Below, piece after piece: positions 50,400-59,301 of a DNA stretch of 64,000 bases. Each line of letters opens with the position of its first letter. Position 1 is the stretch's first letter. Origin of the DNA: Candidatus Saccharimonadota bacterium (GTDB lineage Bacteria; Patescibacteriota; Saccharimonadia; Saccharimonadales; JAICHO01); NCBI GenBank assembly GCA_025924835.1, contig JAICHO010000001.1, forward strand, positions 2,553 to 66,552, in the 5' to 3' direction. Position numbers and translations under genes: made by a program. Below the pieces are notes generated by a model, which saw only the letters and a list, made by a program, of their open reading frames with translations, was not told the DNA's origin and searched no databases.

Positions 50400-51048
50400 A
50401 ATTGACCTGCACACCCACTCTGTTAACAGTCCTGATGGTGGTATTACCCCCGAACAATATGCCGCCGCCCTGGACAGTAACCTACTGGACATGGTTGCCG
50501 TAACCGACCATAACCAGGTGGATTTTGCGCTGGGCTTGCAGCAGCAACTCGGTGAGCGCATTATTGTGGGCGAGGAAATTATGACTACCAGTGGCGAAAT
50601 TATAGGGTTATACCTGAAACAACTCATCCGACCTGGCTTGGCACCGCAGGAAACCATTCAACACATTAAGGATCAAGGCGGTCTGGTCTATGTGCCTCAT
50701 CCCTTTGAAAGCGTACGTCACGGTTTGCATCCAAGCGTTCTGGAAGAACTAGCCGACCAGATAGATATTATAGAGGTCTGCAACGGACGTGCCTTCCTGC
50801 AGAACCGGAGTGCGCAAGCAGTTATTTGGGGCAAGTTAAACCGTGTCATCGGCGCTGCCAGTAGCGACGCTCATGGAGCACGCGGCTTGGGAAAAACCTA
50901 CACCCGCGTACCAGAGTTACCCCCAGAAGATGGTCTGCTAAACGCGCTCAGACACGGAATTCCGGTAACCGACCGACCCGGCGTGCGGGCTCTGCTGTAC
51001 CCAAAATATCATGTGTGGCGCAAAAAAATCAAAGGCAGCCGATCTTAA
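50392..51048 (+). CDS. PHP-domain phosphoesterase
   Basis: N-terminal IDLHTHS motif; 8-nt overlap with the upstream gene. Confidence 0.8.
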   Translation: MYKIDLHTHSVNSPDGGITPEQYAAALDSNLLDMVAVTDHNQVDFALGLQQQLGERIIVGEEIMTTSGEIIGLYLKQLIRPGLAPQETIQHIKDQGGLVYVPHPFESVRHGLHPSVLEELADQIDIIEVCNGRAFLQNRSAQAVIWGKLNRVIGAASSDAHGARGLGKTYTRVPELPPEDGLLNALRHGIPVTDRPGVRALLYPKYHVWRKKIKGSRS

Positions 51049-51570
51049 ATGAATGACTATATCGCCGCTCTATTGTTCTTCTTGCCAGCCGGCCTGGCCA
51101 ATATGACACCGCCTTTAGCCAATAAAATTCCGATACTCAACCAGTGGAAAACGCCGTTAGACTTTGGCAAAACCTGGCGCGGCAAAAGACTGTTCGGCAA
51201 TAATAAAACCTGGCGCGGGCTAGTGAGCGGCACAATTGTAGGCGGAGTTACTGCCATGATAATCAGCAAGTTAAATACCAATACCGTCGTCACTCTGGCA
51301 CCGTTTTTAGTGGGGAGTCTGTTGGGGCTGGGAGCTTTGATGGGTGACGCCGTAGAAAGTTTCTTTAAACGCCAACGAGGCTTTAAGCCTGGCCAGTCGT
51401 GGTTTCCCTTTGATCAAATTGATTATATCTTAGGCGGTCTGCTCATTATTGCGCCCGTAATACGTCTGCCGTTGTGGGCAGGCTTCACGATTGCTATCGT
51501 CTATTTTGGATTGCACCTGCTGACGGCCTATCTTGGATACTTGCTTAAACTCAAAGACAGCCCCATCTGA
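51049..51570 (+). CDS. CDP-archaeol synthase (CarS)-like CTP-transferase family membrane protein
   Basis: LPAGLANMTPPLA...GKTWRG...NKTWRGL pattern matches the CarS/DUF46 family. Starts 1 nt after the PHP gene stop. Confidence 0.7.
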   Translation: MNDYIAALLFFLPAGLANMTPPLANKIPILNQWKTPLDFGKTWRGKRLFGNNKTWRGLVSGTIVGGVTAMIISKLNTNTVVTLAPFLVGSLLGLGALMGDAVESFFKRQRGFKPGQSWFPFDQIDYILGGLLIIAPVIRLPLWAGFTIAIVYFGLHLLTAYLGYLLKLKDSPI

Positions 51571-51598
51571 GATTCCTTCAAAAACCCTATATTTCAAA

Positions 51599-52630
51599 TT
51601 ACTCGTCAAGTGAAATCTTAAGTTTTTCTACAAGATCCACTGGTGTAGGGTTGAGACCATTTAATAACGCTAGATATACGCTTACATGATCCCCCAGCAT
51701 GACACTCCCCAATAATTGCTGTATAAGAGTTTCGCCCCTTGGTCTAACTATGTTGGGGTGAGGCCGTTTACCTGATAGTAAGCGCTGAGATACCTCAAAA
51801 CGTTTTTGAACACGAGGATGCTCTAAATCGCTTTGAATTTCTACAACAGCAAAAGGCTTATCGGTCGGGTGGCTGGACCAACCGATAAACTCATTGTGAT
51901 TGAATTCCGGATACTGATTACTCCATGCCAAGTTCTTGGCATTTTCATTCATGCATATTTTCCATTTGTTGGCGGCTGGAAATAATAATGGTCCGCTGTA
52001 CACAATAACCGTTTTGCCCATCAACTCCAGCGCAATTTGTTTGGCCAAATTTTTTGCCGTCGGAACAGTGGGACCCCAAGATTCAGCTTCTTCTTTTAGC
52101 CAGTTTGCTACGTCAGTCAGTTCGCCTCTACTATCGGCCGGGATTAAACCGGCGGGTTCCAGCAGCTGTATAAAAGCATTGATGAAATAAAACGTAGACA
52201 TGCGAGGCTGAATGCCGTCAGGCAAAACAAACAGGGGGTAACCTTTGTCGTGTGCCCTTTCCATAAGTTTACCGCCCGCGGCAACGACTACAATTTGCGC
52301 TCCTTTGGCTTCGGCGTCATCTAGCGCCGACAAAGTTTCTTCCGTATTGCCTGAATAGCTAGAAGAAATTACTAAGGTTTGCTCGTTAACATATTGCGGC
52401 AAGCTGTAGTTGCGTACAATTTCAAAGGGCACCGTGAGCCCAGGCCATGAGTTTAAAAACAATCCTGGCAGCGCTGATCCCCCCATTCCAGCCAGCACCA
52501 CGTTACGTATTTCTCCCTTTGACTCAAAGTTAGCATCAAAATCATGAGATAGTTGTTGCCATTCTTTCCCAGCGATTCCCAGGGCGTCTTGGGCGTCACG
52601 TTCATGGATAAATTTAAGGTCATCAAGCAT
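51599..52630 (-). CDS. bifunctional phosphoglucose/phosphomannose isomerase (SIS-domain, archaeal-type PGI/PMI)
   Basis: SIS domain (VVLAGMGGSALPG, SSYSGNTEET); 343 aa. Confidence 0.8.
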   Translation of the reverse strand: MLDDLKFIHERDAQDALGIAGKEWQQLSHDFDANFESKGEIRNVVLAGMGGSALPGLFLNSWPGLTVPFEIVRNYSLPQYVNEQTLVISSSYSGNTEETLSALDDAEAKGAQIVVVAAGGKLMERAHDKGYPLFVLPDGIQPRMSTFYFINAFIQLLEPAGLIPADSRGELTDVANWLKEEAESWGPTVPTAKNLAKQIALELMGKTVIVYSGPLLFPAANKWKICMNENAKNLAWSNQYPEFNHNEFIGWSSHPTDKPFAVVEIQSDLEHPRVQKRFEVSQRLLSGKRPHPNIVRPRGETLIQQLLGSVMLGDHVSVYLALLNGLNPTPVDLVEKLKISLDE

Positions 52631-52713
52631 GTGGTCCGCTCCCGTTTACTGCCTCTCATTATATATGATATAGTGCTAATGAATTGATAGTAAATTGAAA
52701 TAAGAGGTGGGAA

Positions 52714-53229
52714 ATGTTCGGTCACGACGACGATAATCAACAGCAGCCAACGCAAGATACTAATACGCTCATGCAGGCGGCCATGCCTGAACCTCTCGGT
52801 GACGACCGCCCTGCGTCAGCCCCTATGCCAGACAACATCGGTGTAGGCGCAATGGGTGCACCATCTATGTCCCCTGCGTCAGCCCCGCATATCGTGACAT
52901 CCAACTTTTCAGCCGTTGGTACCGATACCACACCACCGGCCGTACCAGCTTCGACGCCATCACCCGATCCGGCTGGTGGCGGCAGCGACGATCTGCTTAA
53001 TCTCAAGCAGCAAGCCCTGCAACACCTCAGCCCACTAGTAAGTCAGCTCGATCAAACCCCAGAAGAAAAATTCCGCACCACAATGATGATGATTCAAGCC
53101 AGTGACGATCGCACCCTTATCAAAACCGCTTTTGAGGCCGCCCAGGCCATCAAAGACGACAAAGCTCGCGCCCAGGCTCTACTAGACATTATCAACGAGA
53201 TTAATTACTTTACCCAGCACCAGGCTTAA
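52714..53229 (+). CDS. hypothetical protein, low-complexity N-terminus and helical C-terminus
   Basis: ORF only. Confidence 0.45.
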   Translation: MFGHDDDNQQQPTQDTNTLMQAAMPEPLGDDRPASAPMPDNIGVGAMGAPSMSPASAPHIVTSNFSAVGTDTTPPAVPASTPSPDPAGGGSDDLLNLKQQALQHLSPLVSQLDQTPEEKFRTTMMMIQASDDRTLIKTAFEAAQAIKDDKARAQALLDIINEINYFTQHQA

Positions 53230-53268
53230 TAAGCTAAGCCGAGTGTTTTGGCCTTACTCTAGTACTTT

Positions 53269-53784
53269 CTATTGTTCTGATGGGCCCAACAGATATCGGT
53301 GAACAACATATGCAAACACCGATATAGCCAAGAAAATAGCTATCGTATCCCCAGGCCCAGTATTTGGTAGGCCATTTTGATTATTCTGTGGTGGCGTAGT
53401 GGTAGTAGGTGCCGGGGTAGTAGCGGCCGGAGCCGGGGTAGGCGTGGTAGGAGCATTCACATTGCCATTGCTCGGAGCGGTTCCGGTGGTGGGGTTGCTG
53501 GCCGCTGGTTTATTAGCAGTATCATCTTTCTTGGGTGCTGGTGATTCGCTTGGCTGGGTGGTCGCAACTGGGCTACCCGAATCCGAACTAGGGCGAAGCT
53601 TGCGATACACCCAACGACCGCCAAAAAATAAGCCCATAACCACCAGGGCAGTAACGGCTAGGCTAAGCAAGGCTAGCAGCCATGCCATCCAGGCACGGTC
53701 GCGCTTTTCAGCCTGATAATAACTGGTTACTTCTTCCGGCACGCTGGCCGAATCGTCTGACTTATTACGGCGAAATAATGCCAT
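53269..53784 (-). CDS. LPXTG cell-wall-anchored Thr/Pro-rich surface protein
   Basis: C-terminal sorting signal: LPNTG, hydrophobic segment IAIFLAISVFAYVV, then HRY. N-terminal signal-anchor after about 30 residues. Confidence 0.7.
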   Translation of the reverse strand: MALFRRNKSDDSASVPEEVTSYYQAEKRDRAWMAWLLALLSLAVTALVVMGLFFGGRWVYRKLRPSSDSGSPVATTQPSESPAPKKDDTANKPAASNPTTGTAPSNGNVNAPTTPTPAPAATTPAPTTTTPPQNNQNGLPNTGPGDTIAIFLAISVFAYVVHRYLLGPSEQ

Positions 53785-53809
53785 TCCTAGTTCTCCTTAG
53801 AATGGTACT

Positions 53810-53838
53810 ATCATAGTACAAACTGGCATATTTTGCAA
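53810..53838 (-). promoter_or_regulatory. sigma70-like promoter TTGCAA-N17-TATGAT for the LPXTG gene
   Basis: Read directly on the minus strand; AAGGAGAA SD precedes the ATG at 53784. Confidence 0.35.
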
Positions 53839-53902
53839 CATTAAGATTATGCGACTATGTTCTCCTTAGTTTAAAGCTGTGCAATATCATGATTATATAA
53901 AA

Positions 53903-53934
53903 TACAAAAAGACCGGAGTGGATCCGGTCTTTTT
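53903..53934. terminator. bidirectional intrinsic terminator (GACCGG-AGUGGAU-CCGGUC flanked by A5 / T5)
   Basis: Read directly; likely terminates groEL (on the minus strand it is followed by TTTTTGTATTTT). Confidence 0.5.
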
Positions 53935-53992
53935 GTATCCGTATTCAGGAAGGAGCAGTCCGAGCAGACGATTCATTCGGCTGCCCGGCACG

Positions 53993-54026
53993 ATGAGGGA
54001 ACCTATCCCGGTTCCCTCATTTTTTT
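53993..54026 (+). terminator. perfect 11-bp stem-loop (AUGAGGGAACC/GGUUCCCUCAU) + T6 oriented for the plus strand, abutting the groEL stop codon
   Basis: Read directly; the T-tract overlaps the groEL stop. There is no plus-strand gene upstream. Confidence 0.35.
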
Positions 54027-55671
54027 ACATCCCCATCATCCCACCCATGTCAGGCGCCCCACCGGCAGGAGCCTTAGGCTCAGGCACTTCTACCACTAAA
54101 GCACCCATTGTCATGCTAGTGCCAGCAATGGATACGGCATTTTGCAGTGCCTCTTTAGTGACACGAGCCGGGTCAATTACACCCACACTTCTCAGGTCAA
54201 CTAGTGCCGTCGGACTATTGACGTTTACCCCAAAACCAGGCTTGCCTGCTTTTACTTGGGGCAACCATTCATCAGCGTTCAAGCCGGCATTGGTCAGCAA
54301 GATACGGAAAGGCTGTTCCAAGGCCTTTTTCAACAGTTGTCGGCCAGCCGTTACCGAGTCATCATCGTCATCCGTGGTAATTGTAGAGCTTAGGTTAATC
54401 AGCGTGACACCACCACCAGCTACAATGCCTTCGTCCAGAGCCGCCTTCACAGCTGCTACGGCATCATCAACCCGGAATTTCTTTTCTTCAATCTCGGTTT
54501 CGGTAGCACCGCCAACTTTAATAACGGCAACCTTACCGGATAGCGCCGCCCGGCGCTTTTCCAGGTTTTCTTTGTCGTACTCGCTGGTCGCGGACTTAAT
54601 CTGGGCATTAATCTGGTCAACGCGGGCTTGAATTTCAGCGGCGGAGCCAGCACCCTCGATAATGGTTGTTTCATCTTTAGTAACCAACACTTTACGAGCC
54701 GTCCCCACTACGTCCATATCGACGTTTTCAAAGGTCATGCCGCGGTCTTCAGTTATTACCTCCGCACCCGTCAAAACGGCAATGTCGTTCAGGACGTCTT
54801 TGCGACGGTCACCAAACGCCGGTGCCTTAATGGCGGTCGTGTTAAAGACGCCCTTCAGCTTGTTCAGGATTAGCGTCCCCAAGGCTTCGCCTTCAACATC
54901 TTCGGCAATCAGCACCAGATCTTTCTTGCCGGCTTGCGCCAGCTTTTCTAGCAGCGGCAAAAATTCCTGGATCGAAGTAATCTTTTTATCGGTGATAACT
55001 ACGGCCGGCTTTTCTATTACCGATTCCATGCGGGCAGCATCCGTCACCATGTACGGGCTGACAAACCCGCGATCAAACGTAAAGCCTTCAACTACCTCGC
55101 TTTCCAGCGCCAACCCTTGGCCTTCTTCTACTGTTACCACCCCGTCTTTGCCGACTTTTTCAATCACATCGGCAATCAGGTTGCCGATTTCGGCGTCGCC
55201 GGCACTAATGGTTGCTACCTCTGCTACGCGGGACTTCTTGCCTTTGATATCTTCGGCCAGACCACCCAGTTTGGCCTGTACTTCATGGGCGGCGGCCTCA
55301 AGGCCCTTGCGTAGCAGCATCGGGTTATGACCAGCGGCAATAAGCTTATTTGCCTCATTCAAAATATGATACGTCAGCACCGTTACGGTGGTTGTACCGT
55401 CACCAGCCACATCGTTCATTTTGCTAGCGGCCTGCTTAATTAACTCGGCACCAACTTTGTAGCCCAATGTCTCGTCGTCAACGTCAGCCAGTTCTACGCC
55501 CTTGGCTACGGTTACGCCGTCATGCGTAACCGTCGGGTTGCCGTAACTCTTGCTAATAATAACGTTGCGTCCCTTAGGCCCCATCGTCGTCTTCACCGCG
55601 TCATATAAAATCTGTGCCCCGCCCAGCACCCGGCGCCGGGCATCATCATCATAAAAAACTTTCTTTGCCAT
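54025..55671 (-). CDS. groEL: chaperonin GroEL
   Basis: 548 aa with AAVEEGIVAGGG-like regions and a C-terminal GGMMGM tail. Confidence 0.97.
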   Translation of the reverse strand: MAKKVFYDDDARRRVLGGAQILYDAVKTTMGPKGRNVIISKSYGNPTVTHDGVTVAKGVELADVDDETLGYKVGAELIKQAASKMNDVAGDGTTTVTVLTYHILNEANKLIAAGHNPMLLRKGLEAAAHEVQAKLGGLAEDIKGKKSRVAEVATISAGDAEIGNLIADVIEKVGKDGVVTVEEGQGLALESEVVEGFTFDRGFVSPYMVTDAARMESVIEKPAVVITDKKITSIQEFLPLLEKLAQAGKKDLVLIAEDVEGEALGTLILNKLKGVFNTTAIKAPAFGDRRKDVLNDIAVLTGAEVITEDRGMTFENVDMDVVGTARKVLVTKDETTIIEGAGSAAEIQARVDQINAQIKSATSEYDKENLEKRRAALSGKVAVIKVGGATETEIEEKKFRVDDAVAAVKAALDEGIVAGGGVTLINLSSTITTDDDDDSVTAGRQLLKKALEQPFRILLTNAGLNADEWLPQVKAGKPGFGVNVNSPTALVDLRSVGVIDPARVTKEALQNAVSIAGTSMTMGALVVEVPEPKAPAGGAPDMGGMMGM

Positions 55672-55814
55672 TATTTCTTCTCCTTACGTGTCAAGTTATC
55701 AATCTTTTCTTCCAGTCGTTTAACTGCTTCGTCAATTCTTGCTACCTTTGTTTCTACTCTCGTGAAGCCAATCCAGAAAATAACAAAGATTATAAAGCCG
55801 AGTATTCCATCCAT
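55671..55814 (-). CDS. small membrane protein (47 aa) encoded between groES and groEL
   Basis: MDGILGFIIFVIFWIGFTRVETKVARIDEAVKRLEEKIDNLTRKEKK. Its stop overlaps the groEL start as TAATG. Not in the ORF track because it is <60 aa. Confidence 0.45.
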   Translation of the reverse strand: MDGILGFIIFVIFWIGFTRVETKVARIDEAVKRLEEKIDNLTRKEKK

Positions 55815-55818
55815 AGTA

Positions 55819-56085
55819 TTACTTAACCGTCGCGAAGATATTTTCTGCCTTAATCAGAATGTATTCCGAGCCGCCGTATTTGACGACTTCGTTACTGTAG
55901 CCACCGTAAATAATCCGGTCGCCGACCTTAACATCGTCAACTTTCTTACCGACGGCCAGAACTTTAGCCACTTTGGGCTTTTCCTGAGCGTTACCCGGCA
56001 AGTACAAGCCGCTGGCGGTTTTGGTTTCGGCCTCTTCCTGCTGGGCGACTACATAGTCTGCCAATGGATTAATAGGTACAGACAT
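55819..56085 (-). CDS. groES: co-chaperonin GroES
   Basis: 88 aa with a typical GroES mobile loop and beta-barrel sequence. Confidence 0.95.
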   Translation of the reverse strand: MSVPINPLADYVVAQQEEAETKTASGLYLPGNAQEKPKVAKVLAVGKKVDDVKVGDRIIYGGYSNEVVKYGGSEYILIKAENIFATVK

Positions 56086-56117
56086 CTAACTCCTCCTTAA
56101 TCTGTTATTCAAGAGAG

Positions 56118-56158
56118 TTAGCACACAACAAAAGTGAGTGCTAACCGCTAGCACTCAC
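56118..56158. promoter_or_regulatory. CIRCE (HrcA operator) TTAGCACAC-N9-GAGTGCTAA plus an extra inverted half-site (ccgc-TAGCACTCAC)
   Basis: Read directly; one mismatch to the consensus TTAGCACTC-N9-GAGTGCTAA. Upstream of groES. Confidence 0.8.
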
Positions 56159-56186
56159 TATACCCGACTGCCAACACCCCTGTCAA
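56157..56186 (-). promoter_or_regulatory. sigma70 promoter TTGACA-N18-TATAGT driving groES-groEL, with the -10 abutting the CIRCE
   Basis: rc(56181-56186)=TTGACA and rc(56157-56162)=TATAGT. Confidence 0.5.
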
Positions 56187-56264
56187 TATCAGCCCCGTAA
56201 CGTCGTGCCGTACTGGTCTATAGCGTCAAGCGTAAACCAAGAGCCTGTTATCGGTGTTGCTACC

Positions 56265-57557
56265 CTACTTTTGCCCCAAGCTACGTTCGGCAACACGACC
56301 CAACCATAAGGCAGTATCAATATCAGCAGCCCGGGAAGGTAAGTTACTGCCCTTAATTTCGTTTATGACCTTTTCTTTCAGCTTCTTTTTGTATAAGCGG
56401 TTAGGCGTGTCGCCATGCGCCAGTCGTAGCTGTACGGTTTCCTCCTCCCCGGCAGCGTCATTATCACTATCAACTTCTAAAATAACATAAGGATCCAAGG
56501 ACTCAGGATCCCGTTTAGCCGGTGGAATTTTACGCTTATCCCAATCTTCAAATACGGCAAAATAGATATCATCTTGTAATTTGCATACCGCTTCGGCCAG
56601 CTGTTGGCGTTCAGAAATCGATAAATCATCAGCATAATTGGCAGCGGCCAATAAATAATGGTTCATAAACAGGTCCCGAAACACCTCGTGTCTCTGCTGC
56701 CCGTTTGGGCTCTTCCCTTTGCTAACGGTAAAAAGCCCACGATTTTCCTCAAGCGATTTGTATAAGCTCGTAATGTCGGCGCCGGCCTTATTTTTAAAGC
56801 TGGCTAGCCAGTTATTAGTATCAGGAACCGTTTCGGCGCTTTCAAAATCAATAAAATGCGTTGCCCTATCTATGGTCCGTACAATGTTCCGAGTTTTAGC
56901 ATCACCATGGAAGGTGCGCCCTTTAATGTGTAGCTCCGCGAGTGCATCCGCCATATCTTCTAGTCGATCTTCCATAAAGTAGCGCTCAGGCTCACTGCTC
57001 TGCATATACGCCCAGTTTTCGTTATCTAGCGTGGAAACTGTGTCTTCGTACAAAGTTACAAGATACTCAGCGCTATCCGTAATCAGGATTCCGGCCGGCA
57101 TAAAGACGGCAAAGCCCTTTTCTGATAGCGACTTTAGCTGCACATATTCGTGAAACGCTTTCTGATGGCCTTTTTCAAACCTTTTAACAGCTACCGGCTG
57201 AGTGGCCATCTCCTGGGTCGAGGGATCTAGATAGGATATATCACCAAAGAACACCTGGTGGGCAGAACGCCTTGCGTTAAAACCTCGTGCACGCTGAAGC
57301 TCAAACTCAAACCTGGGAGGAAGCTCTCCTTCATTATGCAAAACATCAAAAGCCTTTTGATCTAAATGTAGTCCTGGCTGTGTCAGTCGAGGTGTTCTGC
57401 TAGCTACAAAGTCTTGCGGGATTTCAGGCAGGACAAATACAGGGCTGCCCGGGTAACCCGATTGCTCAACTGCCGCTACAAATTCTTTGACGTGTAGCGG
57501 CAAAGGCGCTGGCGCCTCTACATCTGTGATTAATGGTAATAATTCAACTGTAGTCAT
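56265..57557 (-). CDS. atypical protein-kinase-like fold phosphotransferase (RIO/Kdo/APH-like), paralog A
   Basis: VAVKRFEK (beta3 Lys), HEY (alphaC Glu), catalytic loop HGDAKTRN and IDFE (DFG-like Asp); 430 aa. Confidence 0.6.
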   Translation of the reverse strand: MTTVELLPLITDVEAPAPLPLHVKEFVAAVEQSGYPGSPVFVLPEIPQDFVASRTPRLTQPGLHLDQKAFDVLHNEGELPPRFEFELQRARGFNARRSAHQVFFGDISYLDPSTQEMATQPVAVKRFEKGHQKAFHEYVQLKSLSEKGFAVFMPAGILITDSAEYLVTLYEDTVSTLDNENWAYMQSSEPERYFMEDRLEDMADALAELHIKGRTFHGDAKTRNIVRTIDRATHFIDFESAETVPDTNNWLASFKNKAGADITSLYKSLEENRGLFTVSKGKSPNGQQRHEVFRDLFMNHYLLAAANYADDLSISERQQLAEAVCKLQDDIYFAVFEDWDKRKIPPAKRDPESLDPYVILEVDSDNDAAGEEETVQLRLAHGDTPNRLYKKKLKEKVINEIKGSNLPSRAADIDTALWLGRVAERSLGQK

Positions 57558-57584
57558 GATGATTTTTATTTTTATCGGAAGTTT

Positions 57585-58223
57585 TTAGCCTAACAAAGCT
57601 CTCCTTATCTTGGATACATTGCCGGGTGAAGCATTAGCTTCCCCTTCCTGAACTAGGCTAATAAGCGCGGCTTCTAGCGAACCCGGGGAAGCGGTTAAGG
57701 GGGGGATCAGTAAAACCTCGCCGCCGTTAGCCTTACTAAAAGCAAGCTTGAACCAGGTCAAGCTTTCGGGCACCGCGCCAGTTTCCCGAGCAAGACGAGC
57801 GAGTAATTCACGTGTTTTTAGTAAAACCTCTGGCAACTCCATACTTATGGGGCTTGCGGACTGTGATGGCTGCTCGGACAATAAGATCCTAGATAAAGGC
57901 CGGGCACTGCTTGGCACAGCGTATTGCGTAACTTCTTCATCTGCCCATAATCGCCTCATGTGCGGCACACCAGCGGACTCCATTAGGCTGTACATTGCAT
58001 CATCCGCTCCCGTTCGTTCACAAAACAAGCTTCGTTGGCGGCCCTGTACAACATCCACAATTTCTATGCAGCCATTTGATGGACATAAATTAAAAGTCGG
58101 ATCAGTTTCTATAAATCCACTTGCCATTAAGCGTTCGCGAATAGGCCCCAAGGCAAAATCAACGGGCTCGCCAGCTGGGGCACTATTATGTTTTGGGGAT
58201 TGATGTGTTGGTATCTGAGACAT
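57585..58223 (-). CDS. hypothetical protein (212 aa)
   Basis: ORF between the two kinase paralogs; no motif recognised. Confidence 0.5.
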   Translation of the reverse strand: MSQIPTHQSPKHNSAPAGEPVDFALGPIRERLMASGFIETDPTFNLCPSNGCIEIVDVVQGRQRSLFCERTGADDAMYSLMESAGVPHMRRLWADEEVTQYAVPSSARPLSRILLSEQPSQSASPISMELPEVLLKTRELLARLARETGAVPESLTWFKLAFSKANGGEVLLIPPLTASPGSLEAALISLVQEGEANASPGNVSKIRRALLG

Positions 58224-58281
58224 GTTAGTAAAACTATAGCATAAAACTCATTACTTTACAACAGGGCCTGCGCTCTGAGCT

Positions 58282-59301
58282 CTAGCTGCCTCCAAAGTTT
58301 TCAAGGTCAAAGTTTATGCCTTCCTGAAGAATGTCAAAATCTATCAGGTGTTTCCATCCCACATCGGTCGCAGGGTGCCTCAAAACCATGCGGTAAACTC
58401 CGAGTAAGTGCTCATCATAAAAAGCCTGCTTTTCCGCTAACGTATTCTCGGCTAATACCCCACGCTCGGACAATGAGCCGAGTAGCAGCAATAAGTCCCT
58501 AAGAACTACCTCGTGTAGCCGTACGCTATCTTCCTCGCTCAACCCGCCGTCAGGTTGCACCGTAAAGGTATTGGCGGAAAAGGTCTCCAGATCTACGAGG
58601 CGCAGGCCTGACTGGTCCCATGCCATGTTTCTAAGGCGGGCATCGCCATGTGATGGAACCACAACATCATCTTCTTGAGGATTACGGACGGGGGTAGAAT
58701 GCAACAAGCCTAGCGTTAAAGCGCACTTTTCTATGATTGCTGTCAGCATATCAGGATCGTCTTGCGTATCCAGTAAGGTGCCCCATTCAAAATTGTCAAA
58801 ACTACGCACCTGCGGTTCAAAGTCCGTAATGAGTGCCGGGTTTTTGCCGACCATTGCTAGACCGACTGGATTAAAGGTGCGAATTAAATCGGCCTGCCTC
58901 ACCAGGCGAGTTGCTGCGTATTCATGCATAGCCGCTTCCAGGTCACCCTCAAAAATTTTAACAGCGACTGGCCGGCTGATGTCTCCGTCGGGACCTTCAA
59001 AATTCATATGCCCAAAGCGCACGTCATGAGCCGAGGCTTCTCTTCCCTCGCGCCAGCTTGGTTCTTCGGTAAATGCAAAACGACTAGGCCCGGCGTGCTC
59101 TGCTCTAGACCCCAGTTCGACGGCTTTGTCGGCTGCAAGCACTAGGCCATTGTAGGCAGCCCGGCCAAGGCTCTCTGCCAAACCGCCAATAACCACCTTG
59201 CCATTTACCACTTCAGCCTGGTTTAAGGGCAAAGCAGCGGGCAAAATATCGCCCTCGAAGTGAAAGGCCGGGAATGATTCGTGTAGGTGAGTTGTTGCCA
59301 T
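58282..59301 (-). CDS. atypical protein-kinase-like fold phosphotransferase, paralog B
   Basis: VAVKIFEG...HEY...SHGDARLRN...VDLE, colinear with paralog A; 339 aa. Confidence 0.6.
   Translation of the reverse strand: MATTHLHESFPAFHFEGDILPAALPLNQAEVVNGKVVIGGLAESLGRAAYNGLVLAADKAVELGSRAEHAGPSRFAFTEEPSWREGREASAHDVRFGHMNFEGPDGDISRPVAVKIFEGDLEAAMHEYAATRLVRQADLIRTFNPVGLAMVGKNPALITDFEPQVRSFDNFEWGTLLDTQDDPDMLTAIIEKCALTLGLLHSTPVRNPQEDDVVVPSHGDARLRNMAWDQSGLRLVDLETFSANTFTVQPDGGLSEEDSVRLHEVVLRDLLLLLGSLSERGVLAENTLAEKQAFYDEHLLGVYRMVLRHPATDVGWKHLIDFDILQEGINFDLENFGGS

Noticed and set aside
53879-55330. Plus-strand ORFs (53879-54631, 54662-55330) overlapping groEL
   Set aside because: Antisense to GroEL, with no motifs and Ser/Ala/Thr-rich composition. 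The apparent RBS and ATG at ~53945-53992 lie inside a terminator hairpin region.
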